Part shown: positions 9,304 to 18,350 of the stretch, piece by piece
How positions within the stretch are numbered: position 1 is the stretch's first letter
How the letters are laid out: every line of letters starts with the position of its first letter
Source: a virus
Taxonomy: Duplodnaviria > Heunggongvirae > Uroviricota > Caudoviricetes
Reading direction: 5' to 3' (one strand)
Length of the DNA: 64,000 bases
Virus record (IMG/VR): IMGVR_UViG_3300047393_000100
Position numbers and translations under genes: made by a program
Notes under the pieces: generated by a model
What the model was told of the DNA's origin: nothing
The model's input: the letters and a program-made list of their open reading frames with translations, nothing else
Databases searched by the model: none

Positions 9304-9573
9304 ATGAGTTACACAAAATTTGACAGACACGAAAACATGAATGAAGATGTTAGACATGAAATTATGAATCTTATTAAAGATATTAGATATGATGAAACAT
9401 TGGATGATAATGACAATATGTTCCATTTAGAAAATATGTTGTACGGAATGTTTGATGGATATCTTTATGAAAATGTTCAAATGTACGCATTAGAATTACC
9501 TAGTAACTTAGAAGAAAGAGTAATGACAGTTTATAACACATGTAAAACATACCCTAAATTAAAACAAGCATAA
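9304..9573 (+). CDS. Hypothetical acidic early protein
   Basis: ORF follows an early promoter and has an A-rich leader. Confidence 0.7.
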   Translation: MSYTKFDRHENMNEDVRHEIMNLIKDIRYDETLDDNDNMFHLENMLYGMFDGYLYENVQMYALELPSNLEERVMTVYNTCKTYPKLKQA

Positions 9574-9575
9574 TT

Positions 9576-9983
9576 ATGAAAGTATCAGATATCAAATGTA
9601 ATGGAATTGGTCCTTTTAATCATAACCATCCATCTCGTCAACAAATACAAACTGCAATTTCTTTGTTTAGAATGAGAATTTCAAAAGAAGAAATATTTGA
9701 AAAATTTCCAAAAGGTCATGATTATTATGCAGGATCTAGATTTAATTCAGATAATGATGTGACTATTAGGATAATGTCAGCAATTACTGATAGCGTATTT
9801 GTAACTCATATCAATAAACGATCATTCGATATAACAGATGACGATAATTTATTAGTTATAAAAATAATAGAATCCTTTGTTAATTCATTAAAAGGATCTG
9901 AAATGGATGAATTAATAATAGATGGAATGCGTGATTGTGCAGGTGCAGACCATTGGTATGCTTTTGAAAAAGAATGGGAGTAA
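9576..9983 (+). CDS. Hypothetical protein
   Basis: Operon-spaced ORF. Confidence 0.7.
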   Translation: MKVSDIKCNGIGPFNHNHPSRQQIQTAISLFRMRISKEEIFEKFPKGHDYYAGSRFNSDNDVTIRIMSAITDSVFVTHINKRSFDITDDDNLLVIKIIESFVNSLKGSEMDELIIDGMRDCAGADHWYAFEKEWE

Positions 9984-9987
9984 TATC

Positions 9988-10218
9988 ATGATATCGTTTC
10001 AGGAAAGAAAGGAAAGAATTATTAATACAACACATATTGTATTAATTGATGATTCTACAGTGTATGTGGTTGACTCAGTTGAACAAATAGGTAATATTGT
10101 ATTTGTTAATGTAGGTAATGGCCTTTTATTCCAAGATATGATGGTATTAACACTAGAGGAAGCGGGTATCGCTGCTAAACTAATATTAAACATTAATAAA
10201 TATTTAGATATAAAATAA
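9988..10218 (+). CDS. Hypothetical protein (start reassigned to ATG 9988)
   Basis: Fills the gap between neighbours without a long overlap. Confidence 0.6.
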   Translation: MISFQERKERIINTTHIVLIDDSTVYVVDSVEQIGNIVFVNVGNGLLFQDMMVLTLEEAGIAAKLILNINKYLDIK

Positions 10219-10219
10219 T

Positions 10220-11140
10220 ATGGGAGCAAATTATGGATACTGTTGTATCAATCTAACATTAGATAAACAAAAGGGAATCAAAATCGGTAGAGGAATGATT
10301 AAAAAAACATTCCAAGCAAAGGGTATTAAATACGCAGGTGAGTTAGCAGAAGCTAATCTCAAGGATATGATTGAAATTCTTAAATGGAATAATGCAAATG
10401 GAATTACTATGTATCGTATGTCATCTAGTATGTTTCCGTGGAATTCAGAATATGATATCGAAGAATTACCTAACTATATTGCTATCAAATCTTTATTGAA
10501 AACCGCAGGCGATTATGCAACTAAAGTAGGTCAAAGACTTACATTCCATCCAGGTCCTTTTAATATTCTTGCAAGTCCAAATCCAAAGGTAGTTAATGAC
10601 GCTGTATGGGAATTAACACAACATGGAAAGGTATTAGATTTAATGGGATTACCTAGAACACAATATGCTGCGATGAATATTCACGTTGGTGGAACTTATG
10701 GCGATAAAGATTCTGCAATTAAAAGATTTGCAGAAAATTTTAAACTATTACCCGAATGCGCAAGTTCTCGTCTTGTTTTAGAAAATGACGATAAACCAAG
10801 CCAATATGGCGTATTAGATCTTTATGAGATTTACAAATTATGTGGCACTCCAATTACATTTGATTTCTTTCATCATTTTTGTTATGAAGATTCTATGACA
10901 GAAAAGGATGCATTAGAATTATGTGCAACAACATGGCCTAATAATATTAGGCAATTATGTCACTATTCATCCTCCAAGAAACTACACGAAGATAATACGG
11001 TAATCCTAAGAGCACATGCTGATTATCTATATGAATTTATCGAAACATATGGAATGGACCTAGATATCGAAATAGAGGCCAAGGCAAAAGAACTTGCTCT
11101 TATTAAATATCACAAAGAATTTTCTATGATATATAGTTAA
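10220..11140 (+). CDS. uvsE: UV DNA damage endonuclease (UvsE/UVDE)
   Basis: GYCC, YRMSS.MFP, RLTFHPG.F, IHVGG, LVLENDD, DFFHH, HYS, HAD and EAK.KE motifs. Confidence 0.93.
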   Translation: MGANYGYCCINLTLDKQKGIKIGRGMIKKTFQAKGIKYAGELAEANLKDMIEILKWNNANGITMYRMSSSMFPWNSEYDIEELPNYIAIKSLLKTAGDYATKVGQRLTFHPGPFNILASPNPKVVNDAVWELTQHGKVLDLMGLPRTQYAAMNIHVGGTYGDKDSAIKRFAENFKLLPECASSRLVLENDDKPSQYGVLDLYEIYKLCGTPITFDFFHHFCYEDSMTEKDALELCATTWPNNIRQLCHYSSSKKLHEDNTVILRAHADYLYEFIETYGMDLDIEIEAKAKELALIKYHKEFSMIYS

Positions 11141-11670
11141 TGAATATATTTGAATCAAACGAAACATATAACGATTATCCAGCAGCGGCCAAGGCAAATG
11201 CAAAGAAGGCAATCGAATGGAAAGAAAAGTACGGTAGAGATGAAGTAACTGCTGGAACTGCAGTTGGTTGGACTAGAGCACATCAATTATCAAGTGGTGA
11301 GAATCTTTCTGCAGAAACAGTTGGTAGAATGTCTGTGTTTAATAGACATAGAAAAAATTCTAAAATAGCTCCTGAATTTAAAGATACACCATGGAAAGAT
11401 AATGGATATGTTGCATGGCTTATTTGGGGAGGTGATGAAGGTGTTGATTGGGCTATGTCTAAAATGAAACAAATAAAAAATGAAAATAAATTAATATCTA
11501 CGATGAAACATGTTAAATTATTTGAAGAGTTCTTAGAAGAAAAGAAAGGACTATGGGATAACGTATGGGCAAAAAGAAAACGTGGTGAAAAACTCGCAAA
11601 ACCAGGTGATGAAGATTATCCGGATGAAGATGCATGGGATAGCGCGCAAGGTAAAAAGAAGGATAAATAA
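11140..11670 (+). CDS. Conserved phage virion-associated protein; apparent fusion of two units (internal MKHVKLFEEF at 11503)
   Basis: N-part GTAVGWTRAHQL...RMS.F.RH...VAWLIWGGD; C-part GLWDNVWAKRKRGE..KPGD.DYP. Confidence 0.7.
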   Translation: MNIFESNETYNDYPAAAKANAKKAIEWKEKYGRDEVTAGTAVGWTRAHQLSSGENLSAETVGRMSVFNRHRKNSKIAPEFKDTPWKDNGYVAWLIWGGDEGVDWAMSKMKQIKNENKLISTMKHVKLFEEFLEEKKGLWDNVWAKRKRGEKLAKPGDEDYPDEDAWDSAQGKKKDK

Positions 11671-12128
11671 TGAAGTACATTAAACTGTTTGAGGAATTTT
11701 CAGCCAACCAAATTAAATGTAATAATTGTGAATGGACATGGAAACTAGAAGACGGTGGAAACGATATGTATATTTGCCATAAATGTGGATATGATAATTC
11801 TCCAATACTCGGTGAATCATATGTTTTAAAGGAACTTGAACCTAAATTTAATGTAATATTAGATTTATACAACAATGGTAAATTTTTAGAACTTACTCGA
11901 ATAGTTATTCCTAAAGAAAAAAGAGGAGAAGGTATTGGTTCCGAAGTAATGGATAAAATTAATGAATACGCAGATCAAAATGGTCTTAAAATATATTTAA
12001 CTCCATCTAAAGATTTTGGTGCAACTTCAACGTCACGTCTAGAACAATTTTATAAGCAACATGGATTTATAAAAAATACTGACAAAAGCGAAACTAGAAA
12101 TACAATGGTACGTTTTCCTAAGAAATGA
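11670..12128 (+). CDS. GNAT acetyltransferase with N-terminal capsid-targeting-like motif and CxxC..CxxC zinc ribbon
   Basis: MKYIKLFEEF; CNNC/CHKC; acetyl-CoA loop RGEGIGS; LEQFYKQHGF. Confidence 0.8.
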   Translation: MKYIKLFEEFSANQIKCNNCEWTWKLEDGGNDMYICHKCGYDNSPILGESYVLKELEPKFNVILDLYNNGKFLELTRIVIPKEKRGEGIGSEVMDKINEYADQNGLKIYLTPSKDFGATSTSRLEQFYKQHGFIKNTDKSETRNTMVRFPKK

Positions 12129-12442
12129 AAATAAACATTAACCAATTACATTTAGATGACATATTAGCAAACTTTAAGAAATTTATTAATGCATTAAAAC
12201 AGGAAAGTAAAGAAACCAAAACAGCCTTTAAGATGTTATATAATCATGCAATAAATACAAGAAAGATGAATGATATTGAAAAGGAATGGGTAGGAACTCA
12301 AATGAGCAATGTTTTAAAAACAATAGGACTTACTACAATTGCGTTAATGCCAGGTGGAATGATTGTTGCTTTATTAATAAAAGCTCTTAAATTACAAAAA
12401 TATATACTTCCTTCTAGTTTTGAATATATGAATAAAAATTAA
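12125..12442 (+). CDS. Small membrane-associated protein, possibly LETM1-like
   Basis: ETK.AF..L...E...V..QM..VLKT.....I.LMPGG followed by ILPSSF. Confidence 0.45.
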   Translation: MKININQLHLDDILANFKKFINALKQESKETKTAFKMLYNHAINTRKMNDIEKEWVGTQMSNVLKTIGLTTIALMPGGMIVALLIKALKLQKYILPSSFEYMNKN

Positions 12443-12483
12443 GATATATAAAATTCAAGTAATCATATAAAAAAAAGAACAGT

Positions 12484-12960
12484 ATGGCAAATATTAAATC
12501 ATTTGAAACCTTTGTTAACGAAATGGACAGAGCAGAGGAGATAGAAACTAAATTAAATAAGGTTGGAGAACCTGATGAAAAGGATGTAGAAGAAACCGAA
12601 GAAGAAGCTGAAGAAGTTCAAGAAGCCGAAGATGTTACTCCAATTGGAATTAAAGAACCGGATGCAAATAAGCAAAAACTTCCAGTATATGCAATGCTAG
12701 AAAAATGCTATGAAGAAGTTATTGATGAAGCTAAGGTATGGGAATCTGATGCACACGACGATCACACGATAGAAACATATATGGCTGAAAATTCTGCGTT
12801 AGTTGCAAAGATGGCAGTTAACTCGCTTACTGAAATGAAAGGTGATATGCAAACTGAAGCGTTTGAAGCATGCTTGAATAAAATGTCAGAAGCTTATACT
12901 AAAAAAATAAATGAGTGTAAAGAAACTAAAGAGGCAGTTGATGCTGAAGATGTAGAATAA
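12484..12960 (+). CDS. Acidic putative internal head protein
   Basis: MANIKSFETFVNE N-terminus, Glu-rich, late-type GATATATAA motif upstream. Confidence 0.65.
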   Translation: MANIKSFETFVNEMDRAEEIETKLNKVGEPDEKDVEETEEEAEEVQEAEDVTPIGIKEPDANKQKLPVYAMLEKCYEEVIDEAKVWESDAHDDHTIETYMAENSALVAKMAVNSLTEMKGDMQTEAFEACLNKMSEAYTKKINECKETKEAVDAEDVE

Positions 12961-12972
12961 TACAACTCAATT

Positions 12973-13023
12973 AAACTAAATAAAAAGTCTATATATAATA
13001 TTAAACATATATAGACTTTTTTT
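12973..13023 (+). terminator. Terminator hairpin containing an AAAC-N15-TATATAA promoter
   Basis: AAAAAGTCTATATAT (12982-12996) / ATATATAGACTTTTT (13007-13021); the T-tract abuts ATG 13024. Confidence 0.65.
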
Positions 13024-13542
13024 ATGCCTAAAATTCCGATTGAAATTATATACATGCAAGTAGCATACCAATTTGCAAAACTAAGTTATGCTACCAGACG
13101 TAAAGTAGGGTGTGTCATAGTAAAGGAAAATCAAGTTATATCATTTGGATATAATGGAACCCCTAAAGGATTTAATAATGATTGCGAGGAGATTAAAATA
13201 GAAACGCAATACTATGAAAATCCAGATGCGGTAGTAGTATTAGAAGATTATGGATTTTCATGTAGTAATGGATGTTGTACCAAAGAAACCCAAATCACAA
13301 AGAGAGAAGTATTACACGCAGAATCAAACGCAATAATGAAAGTTGCAAAATCAACAATGAATTGTGAAGGAGCGACATTATATACAACAACATGTCCATG
13401 TTTTGATTGTGCAAAGCTAATCATACAGGCAGGAATTAGTAAAGTATACTATACTGAAGATTATAGAGATATGAGTGGTGTCGAATTATTGCATACTGCA
13501 AATATTATTGTTGAACAAGTAAATACATGGAATGAGTATTAA
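13024..13542 (+). CDS. dCMP deaminase
   Basis: KVGCVIV, GYNGTP.G, HAESNAI and CPCFDC zinc motifs. Confidence 0.93.
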   Translation: MPKIPIEIIYMQVAYQFAKLSYATRRKVGCVIVKENQVISFGYNGTPKGFNNDCEEIKIETQYYENPDAVVVLEDYGFSCSNGCCTKETQITKREVLHAESNAIMKVAKSTMNCEGATLYTTTCPCFDCAKLIIQAGISKVYYTEDYRDMSGVELLHTANIIVEQVNTWNEY

Positions 13543-13735
13543 TAAATTAATAGTACCTGGAAAAAAGACTCTTAATGAATTTCTTAAATACAATGGAAGT
13601 ACTTTATTTTATATGAAATATGTAAAAAAAATAGACGTATTAATAGGAGACGATGACGCAGTGGATTTTATAGAAGATTTCGAAAATAAGTATTATGATA
13701 CCACAAGTAACATGGAGTTTCATTCGTTGGATTAA
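13532..13735 (+). CDS. Hypothetical protein
   Basis: Overlapping operon ORF. Confidence 0.6.
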   Translation: MSINKLIVPGKKTLNEFLKYNGSTLFYMKYVKKIDVLIGDDDAVDFIEDFENKYYDTTSNMEFHSLD

Positions 13736-13781
13736 GAAACAATTTTATAAAAAGGAATATAATTATGAAAATATACAAATA

Positions 13782-14315
13782 ATGGAAGCAGTGAAAGACT
13801 CGGTTAAAAAATATCAATGGAAAAAAGGAGAAAACTTCGGTAAAGTTGTTGAAGTATTAGAACAAGATGAAAAATTCACAAAATTCACAGATGGTTCTCA
13901 AATATTTAATAATGCAATACTAGAATTTTTAGAAGAAGTAGTTGGAGATAAATTACCATTTCCAGGGGCAGATTCGTTAAATATGCTATCTAAAGGCGAG
14001 GTACCTAATAGTATCAAAAAAAATCAAACTAAAACTAAAGAATCTATTATAGAAATTCAACAAGAAATTTCACCATTAGAGGAATTAGTTGGTAAACTTT
14101 CTAAAAAGAATATCGAACCGCTTTCAACGGTTATCAACTTAAATATACCGAATAGACAAATATTTAATATGTTAATCGAATCAGCAGATGAAGATAGAGA
14201 TAATCTAATTGAAACGATTGCAAGGGTAGCTGTCTCGCAAATTGAGATAAATAAACTACAAGAATATTTAAAAGAAGAAGTAACAAAATTTATCAATAAT
14301 TATTACAATGAGTAA
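13782..14315 (+). CDS. Hypothetical protein (start reassigned to ATG 13782)
   Basis: Follows the promoter-like AAAC-N15-AATATAA at 13737-13762. Confidence 0.7.
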   Translation: MEAVKDSVKKYQWKKGENFGKVVEVLEQDEKFTKFTDGSQIFNNAILEFLEEVVGDKLPFPGADSLNMLSKGEVPNSIKKNQTKTKESIIEIQQEISPLEELVGKLSKKNIEPLSTVINLNIPNRQIFNMLIESADEDRDNLIETIARVAVSQIEINKLQEYLKEEVTKFINNYYNE

Positions 14316-14700
14316 AGGAACATCACCATCAAGAAAACAATCAAGGTCCCAGTTCGGATCAATGGGTTATTTAAAAGTTAAAAATATGTTTGGAAGATTT
14401 TCGGAAGAAGGCCAAGCATGGTATAATAAAATGGCTGAAAATGGAAAAACAGTCCACGATGCAAATACTAATAGAACATTAGATAATATTGAAAATCAAT
14501 TACAAACCAAACTGACTTCTATAAAAGAAGTATGGCTTGAAATGGGACATAACGATGATGAAATCAAATTATTAGAAGAGGCATGGTTATTAATGAATAT
14601 TAAAAATAAAGAAACATTTAAACAAGATAAAAAGGAAGCCAAAAGACTTATAAAAGAAGCCAAAGAATCTTTAAATTCTAGATTAGATGCAAACAATTAA
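14308..14700 (+). CDS. Hypothetical basic helical protein
   Basis: Overlapping operon ORF. Confidence 0.7.
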   Translation: MSKGTSPSRKQSRSQFGSMGYLKVKNMFGRFSEEGQAWYNKMAENGKTVHDANTNRTLDNIENQLQTKLTSIKEVWLEMGHNDDEIKLLEEAWLLMNIKNKETFKQDKKEAKRLIKEAKESLNSRLDANN

Positions 14701-14998
14701 AATAACATTAGCGGATAACGGGGTTATCAAAACAGTATTAGATGATAATATTAATTCTGCTGGAGAAAGTTTCGAATCAACTACAATATATGATTTCGAT
14801 AACAAGGAAAGCAAAGTTAAATTTATCAAAGAACTATGTATTGACATTGGATTATCCTTTGGCAATTCAAAGAATAAAAAACAAATAAAAATTATCGAAG
14901 ATTGGGGAGTAGATTATATACCTAGCCAATCTGAGAAATTAGAAAAAATAGATAAACTTAAAATTCAATTAAAGGAATTAAGTGCGTCATCTAAATAA
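14687..14998 (+). CDS. Hypothetical protein
   Basis: Overlapping operon ORF. Confidence 0.7.
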   Translation: MQTIKITLADNGVIKTVLDDNINSAGESFESTTIYDFDNKESKVKFIKELCIDIGLSFGNSKNKKQIKIIEDWGVDYIPSQSEKLEKIDKLKIQLKELSASSK

Positions 14999-15001
14999 TT
15001 A

Positions 15002-15406
15002 ATGAATAATTTAACAATTGAATGCGTATGGTGTCCATCAAGGCGTGAATTTAATAAGTTTATAAAGGATATAGATAAAGTGTCAACTAAGGTAATTGAC
15101 TATGCATCTATCAAGAGTAAACTTATTAAGGCAGATCCCTATGGACAAGAACCTAGCGACTCAGTGGTTGGATTAACTATAGTAAATGAAATTACGCGAC
15201 ACGTACATATCTCTAATGAAAATGTAAATCGCGTAATTTACTTATTTAAAAATCTTGAATATGATGTGGCTATTAATTTTACAAATTTAATAGAGTCAAA
15301 GTCAGAAAGAGAAACAATAATCATATTAACAGTTATACATAATAATGTAAAGGTGGATACTCGACTAAACGATTTATTTTACCAAGTTAATATTATTAAA
15401 ACATGA
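15002..15406 (+). CDS. Hypothetical protein
   Basis: Operon ORF with alpha/beta pattern and no intact Walker A motif. Confidence 0.65.
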   Translation: MNNLTIECVWCPSRREFNKFIKDIDKVSTKVIDYASIKSKLIKADPYGQEPSDSVVGLTIVNEITRHVHISNENVNRVIYLFKNLEYDVAINFTNLIESKSERETIIILTVIHNNVKVDTRLNDLFYQVNIIKT

Positions 15407-15990
15407 TTAGACATAAACTTTTCTCAAAGGGAGAACATATTCATGTTCTTATTTCCAATAATAGGTATAACAATATAGTATTTCCAGTAAAGGCAATTAT
15501 ACATGATGTGGAATTTAATGATAAAATGCCACGATATCAAATACGTATTACTAAATTCTATGACGATTTAGATTTTTTAAAACGATATATGTTTGATATG
15601 AAATTTGATAGAAATTTTGAAGGTGCTTTAACATCATTTAGAATATCTAGACAAAAATTTTCAAATGTAAAGGATTTTCAAAATTATATAGATTCTAAAT
15701 GGGAAACATATTTAATAGTAGTAGATTCAGTTATGTGTGTTAAGACACATAAGGAAATAAACGAATTATATAATAATATACAAGACTTCTTTATTGAAAA
15801 AACCATAAAGGATTTATATGAACTTTCCACTCGAAATACTTATTCAAATGGTTCATATTATTATGGTAGTAAAGGCATATTCGAAGCGCACATCAGGAAA
15901 TTCCTAGGGGATAGGGCAGGAACATCAAAAGATTATTTTGAAAAATTACTATTTAGACCTAGGACAGTTGATTTGGATAATCTAGAGTAA
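15403..15990 (+). CDS. Hypothetical protein
   Basis: Operon ORF. Confidence 0.7.
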   Translation: MIRHKLFSKGEHIHVLISNNRYNNIVFPVKAIIHDVEFNDKMPRYQIRITKFYDDLDFLKRYMFDMKFDRNFEGALTSFRISRQKFSNVKDFQNYIDSKWETYLIVVDSVMCVKTHKEINELYNNIQDFFIEKTIKDLYELSTRNTYSNGSYYYGSKGIFEAHIRKFLGDRAGTSKDYFEKLLFRPRTVDLDNLE

Positions 15991-15996
15991 CTTTGG

Positions 15997-16035
15997 TTTT
16001 ATAGATATATAATAAAATAAATATATCTAATAAAA
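15997..16035 (+). promoter_or_regulatory. Late-type promoter GATATATAA in the 5' arm of a hairpin covering the translation start region
   Basis: TAGATATAT (16002-16010) / ATATATCTA (16021-16029), extended by TTTTAT/ATAAAA up to ATG 16036. Confidence 0.55.
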
Positions 16036-17838
16036 ATGCCAGATGCAACCAAAGGTTATTTTGATAAAATAAAGGAATCTATTTCTAAAACATCTAAATC
16101 CGGATTTGAATATGCAAATAAATCAAGTTTGGGTAAAGGATTTATAAGTGCAATCAAAAGCGTAACAGGGTATGACCCATTAGGAACTGATGGCGCTAAT
16201 TCTGATGGAGTACATACTGGAGTTAGGAGAGGCGGTATTAGAATTAAAAGTACCGGTACTCCTGATCAAACTGCAAATCGCGCTAAAGCTTCCGATGAAC
16301 CATTTACCATAATATCATCATCAAAATCTAAGTACTATACTGAAGAAATTGAATCTGAGAAATATACCTCTACACAAGCAGGCGCAAATAAGGGTAAGGT
16401 TATTACCGTAGGTAAAAGACCCTATTCTATTTTCAATAAATACTCACTCGTTAATTATAGAGGGAATCCATTAGATCTTAGTGTCGATGGACTTAATGTA
16501 GGCTCGGGAAGATACTCTAAAATAGATCCTTTAACTTTAATTAATCCAACTGCTTCTAAAATTATAGAAATCACAGGAAAGGTTGAGGGCAATTTAGGAT
16601 ATCGATATAATTATTCCGATTTTGCATTAACTAGATATTTTGGAAAAATTCCAAATAATATGCTTATAACCTTAAGACGATTTGCATATCCATGTACTGA
16701 TGATATTATTACACCTAAAGGATTATCTGCAGATGGTAGTAAGTTAGAAGCAATTGGACAACCCGATATTGCGAGGGCAGTAACATGGCTAGGAGAAGCT
16801 CCTGGAAATTCAATGGCTGAAATATTAAAATTTTCGCATGGGTTTGAATGGAAAGATGCAGAGGCTGCAGTGCAAACATTACAATCGAAAAAAGGTGCTG
16901 CGAGTGGAAGTTTTGGAAATCTAGTAAATAGCAACAAATTTTTATCTGCTGCGGCAAACGCAGCGTCTGGAAAGGATGCAGTTTCATCAAATGCACAAAA
17001 ACAAAATGCAGGTTATGATGCATTTTCAGATACATATCCAAATCATGTATTTGGACCATTAAATGTTATCAAAAATACATTGGTAAGGGAACAAGGACTT
17101 AAATTCTCTAATGAATTTAAACTTAAATTTGAATATGAACTTAAGAGTTTTGAAGGAGTTAACCCAAAGGTGATGATGTTAGACCAATTATCAAATATTC
17201 TTGCGCTTACCTATAATAATGCTCCATTTTGGGGAGGTAGTGTTAGATATATTAGCGATGGATCTGTTGCAAAACCCCTAGGGGATTTGGCAAAACTTAG
17301 ATCTGGCGATTACGGTGGATTTTTAGGATCTATAGTTTCAGATATGGGTAAGTTATTTCAAGGAGTTGCTGACCCTGCTAATTGGAAAAACTTAGCAAAT
17401 AATAAATTATTGAATAATTTAATAGGTGGTAGTTTAATGGAAATGTTTAACACACCACAGGGAGGTCAAGCCGCTGCAGCTCTTTTAACTGGAGATCCTA
17501 CGGGGCAATGGCATGTTACTGTTGGAAATCCATTAAATCCTATAATGGTTTGTGGTAATTTAGCAATGACAGATTGCGAAATTAATTTTGAAGGTGCAAC
17601 TGCTCTTCAAGATTTTCCTGAGAGAATGGTTGTAAGTATTACATTAAAACCAGCAAGACCCCGCGATAAGGCTGAAATCGAATCAATGTTTAATTCAGGC
17701 AGAGGAAGGTTTTACGTTCAACCTGATGATGTTGCAGATATTAATAAAACAGAAGATGTTAGTGCTTATGGAAATAGAGATGGTAAAAGAACCGCTAGCG
17801 AATTTGTGAATGTATTTAGAAAAATAAGTAATGGATAA
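16036..17838 (+). CDS. Putative baseplate/tail-tube initiator protein (gp48/gp54-like)
   Basis: First gene of the baseplate cluster, just before the gp53-like gene; C-terminal beta-rich tube-like fold (WHVTVGNPLNPI...FPERMVVSITLK). Confidence 0.5.
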   Translation: MPDATKGYFDKIKESISKTSKSGFEYANKSSLGKGFISAIKSVTGYDPLGTDGANSDGVHTGVRRGGIRIKSTGTPDQTANRAKASDEPFTIISSSKSKYYTEEIESEKYTSTQAGANKGKVITVGKRPYSIFNKYSLVNYRGNPLDLSVDGLNVGSGRYSKIDPLTLINPTASKIIEITGKVEGNLGYRYNYSDFALTRYFGKIPNNMLITLRRFAYPCTDDIITPKGLSADGSKLEAIGQPDIARAVTWLGEAPGNSMAEILKFSHGFEWKDAEAAVQTLQSKKGAASGSFGNLVNSNKFLSAAANAASGKDAVSSNAQKQNAGYDAFSDTYPNHVFGPLNVIKNTLVREQGLKFSNEFKLKFEYELKSFEGVNPKVMMLDQLSNILALTYNNAPFWGGSVRYISDGSVAKPLGDLAKLRSGDYGGFLGSIVSDMGKLFQGVADPANWKNLANNKLLNNLIGGSLMEMFNTPQGGQAAAALLTGDPTGQWHVTVGNPLNPIMVCGNLAMTDCEINFEGATALQDFPERMVVSITLKPARPRDKAEIESMFNSGRGRFYVQPDDVADINKTEDVSAYGNRDGKRTASEFVNVFRKISNG

Positions 17839-18347
17839 TGAAATTTAGTACATTAGAACTTAAGCCATTTTCAATAGATGGAAGTAAAATAATTTTAACA
17901 ACACCGACTGTTGTTTTTGCAAGCGATACTAGAGTAATCGCAGAACATATTATTACAGAGGATCAGATTGGTAGAATGGATTTAATATCTTTAAAGTATT
18001 ATACCGATGAAAATTATGTTGATTTTATTTTAAAATGGAATAATATATCAAATCCATTTATACTAAATATAGGAGATGTGATTGAAATTCCATATAATAA
18101 ATCTGCTTTACAAACAATTATTCCTGTTAAAATTCTACAAATATCTAATATAAATGCGTCTAATGCATCAATTCGTAATCAATTCATTGATACTAAACGA
18201 TTACCTATTAAAGATGCAAAGAGAATTGAATACCTACAGCGAAAAGCAACTCAAAAATCCAATGGATCCAAACAAATATTACCTCCAAACGTATTAAAAG
18301 AAGGCGAAAATCATATATCAATCGGAAACGGTACAATAATTATATAG
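17838..18347 (+). CDS. Baseplate wedge protein gp53-like (LysM)
   Basis: RMDLISLKYY...ILKWNNISNPFILNIGDVIEIP. Confidence 0.8.
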   Translation: MKFSTLELKPFSIDGSKIILTTPTVVFASDTRVIAEHIITEDQIGRMDLISLKYYTDENYVDFILKWNNISNPFILNIGDVIEIPYNKSALQTIIPVKILQISNINASNASIRNQFIDTKRLPIKDAKRIEYLQRKATQKSNGSKQILPPNVLKEGENHISIGNGTIII

Positions 18348-18350
18348 TAA

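Noticed and set aside
2851-13781. Upstream starts given in the track for ORFs 2851, 5030, 9922 and 13695
   Set aside because: They overlap upstream genes or run through promoter/terminator elements. Downstream ATGs (3001, 5123, 9988, 13782) fit better.
15002-15406. P-loop kinase
   Set aside because: The alpha/beta pattern is suggestive, but there is no GxxxxGK[ST] motif.
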